DNA from: Kiritimatiellia bacterium
GTDB taxonomy: Bacteria; Verrucomicrobiota; Kiritimatiellia; RFP12; UBA1067
Assembly: GCA_045132115.1 (NCBI GenBank)
Contig: JBGURT010000062.1
Span: forward strand, 1 to 35,358
Direction of reading: 5' to 3'
DNA length: 35,358 nt
Shown in pieces: positions 35,241-35,358 of the stretch (position 1 is its first letter; every line of letters begins with the position of its first letter). The notes below the pieces were generated by a model. The model did not search any database and was not told the origin of the DNA. It saw only the letters and a program-made list of their open reading frames with translations. The position numbers and the translations under genes were made by a program.

Positions 35241-35358
35241 CTGCGTATGAAAAATTCATCGACTGCGTATGAAAGCCTTCGAAGTGTGCGCTCTTCACCA
35301 TATAAGTGTGCGCTCTTTATGGTAGAAGTGTGCGCTCTTCACCCCAGAAGAGCTCACA
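35241..35358. repeat. 22-bp-period intergenic repeat array with two unit types, truncated by the window end
   Basis: CTGCGTATGAAA at 35241 and 35263; (G/T)AAGTGTGCGCTCTT at 35281, 35303 and 35325; inverted partial copy GAAGAGCTCACA at 35347. Confidence 0.9.

Noticed and set aside
35281-35358. CRISPR array
   Set aside because: The period is 22 bp with 6-8 nt linkers and a flipped unit, which is incompatible with CRISPR repeat-spacer geometry; no cas genes in the window.

Overview
A GC-rich, densely packed chromosomal housekeeping region. It has 29 CDS plus one tRNA-Met(CAT); everything except a partial YitT-type gene at the left edge is on the minus strand. Four near-consensus sigma70 promoters with extended -10 elements divide it into long putative operons, many joined by overlapping stop/start codons. 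(1) nfu, nrdR, Gfo/Idh/MocA protein, mntR, Zn-ribbon/PTS-EIIA fusion, D,D-carboxypeptidase, C10 protease, addB, addA. (2) LA_2272-like repeat protein, parB, glutaminyl-cyclase-like M28 enzyme, fprA, aminotransferase, recD2. (3) tRNA-Met, pgpA, GT4. (4) hom, lysC, a GspL-like/PilO-like/GspD/coiled-coil module, ychF, thrC, parvulin, sialate O-acetylesterase, TrmH, BatB-like VWA protein. Gene content and protein style suggest a PVC-superphylum anaerobe, probably Kiritimatiellia (inference). I found no integrase, transposase, CRISPR array or rRNA. The best leads are: an 11/22-bp phased array of imperfect 16-bp palindromes cut off by the right edge; a C10 protease with a low-GC interior and a candidate C-terminal sorting domain; a partial secretin module with unusual coiled-coil additions; a glutaminyl-cyclase-like enzyme co-transcribed with a candidate substrate; a Zn-ribbon/EIIA fusion; and a probable oxidoreductase pseudoenzyme.
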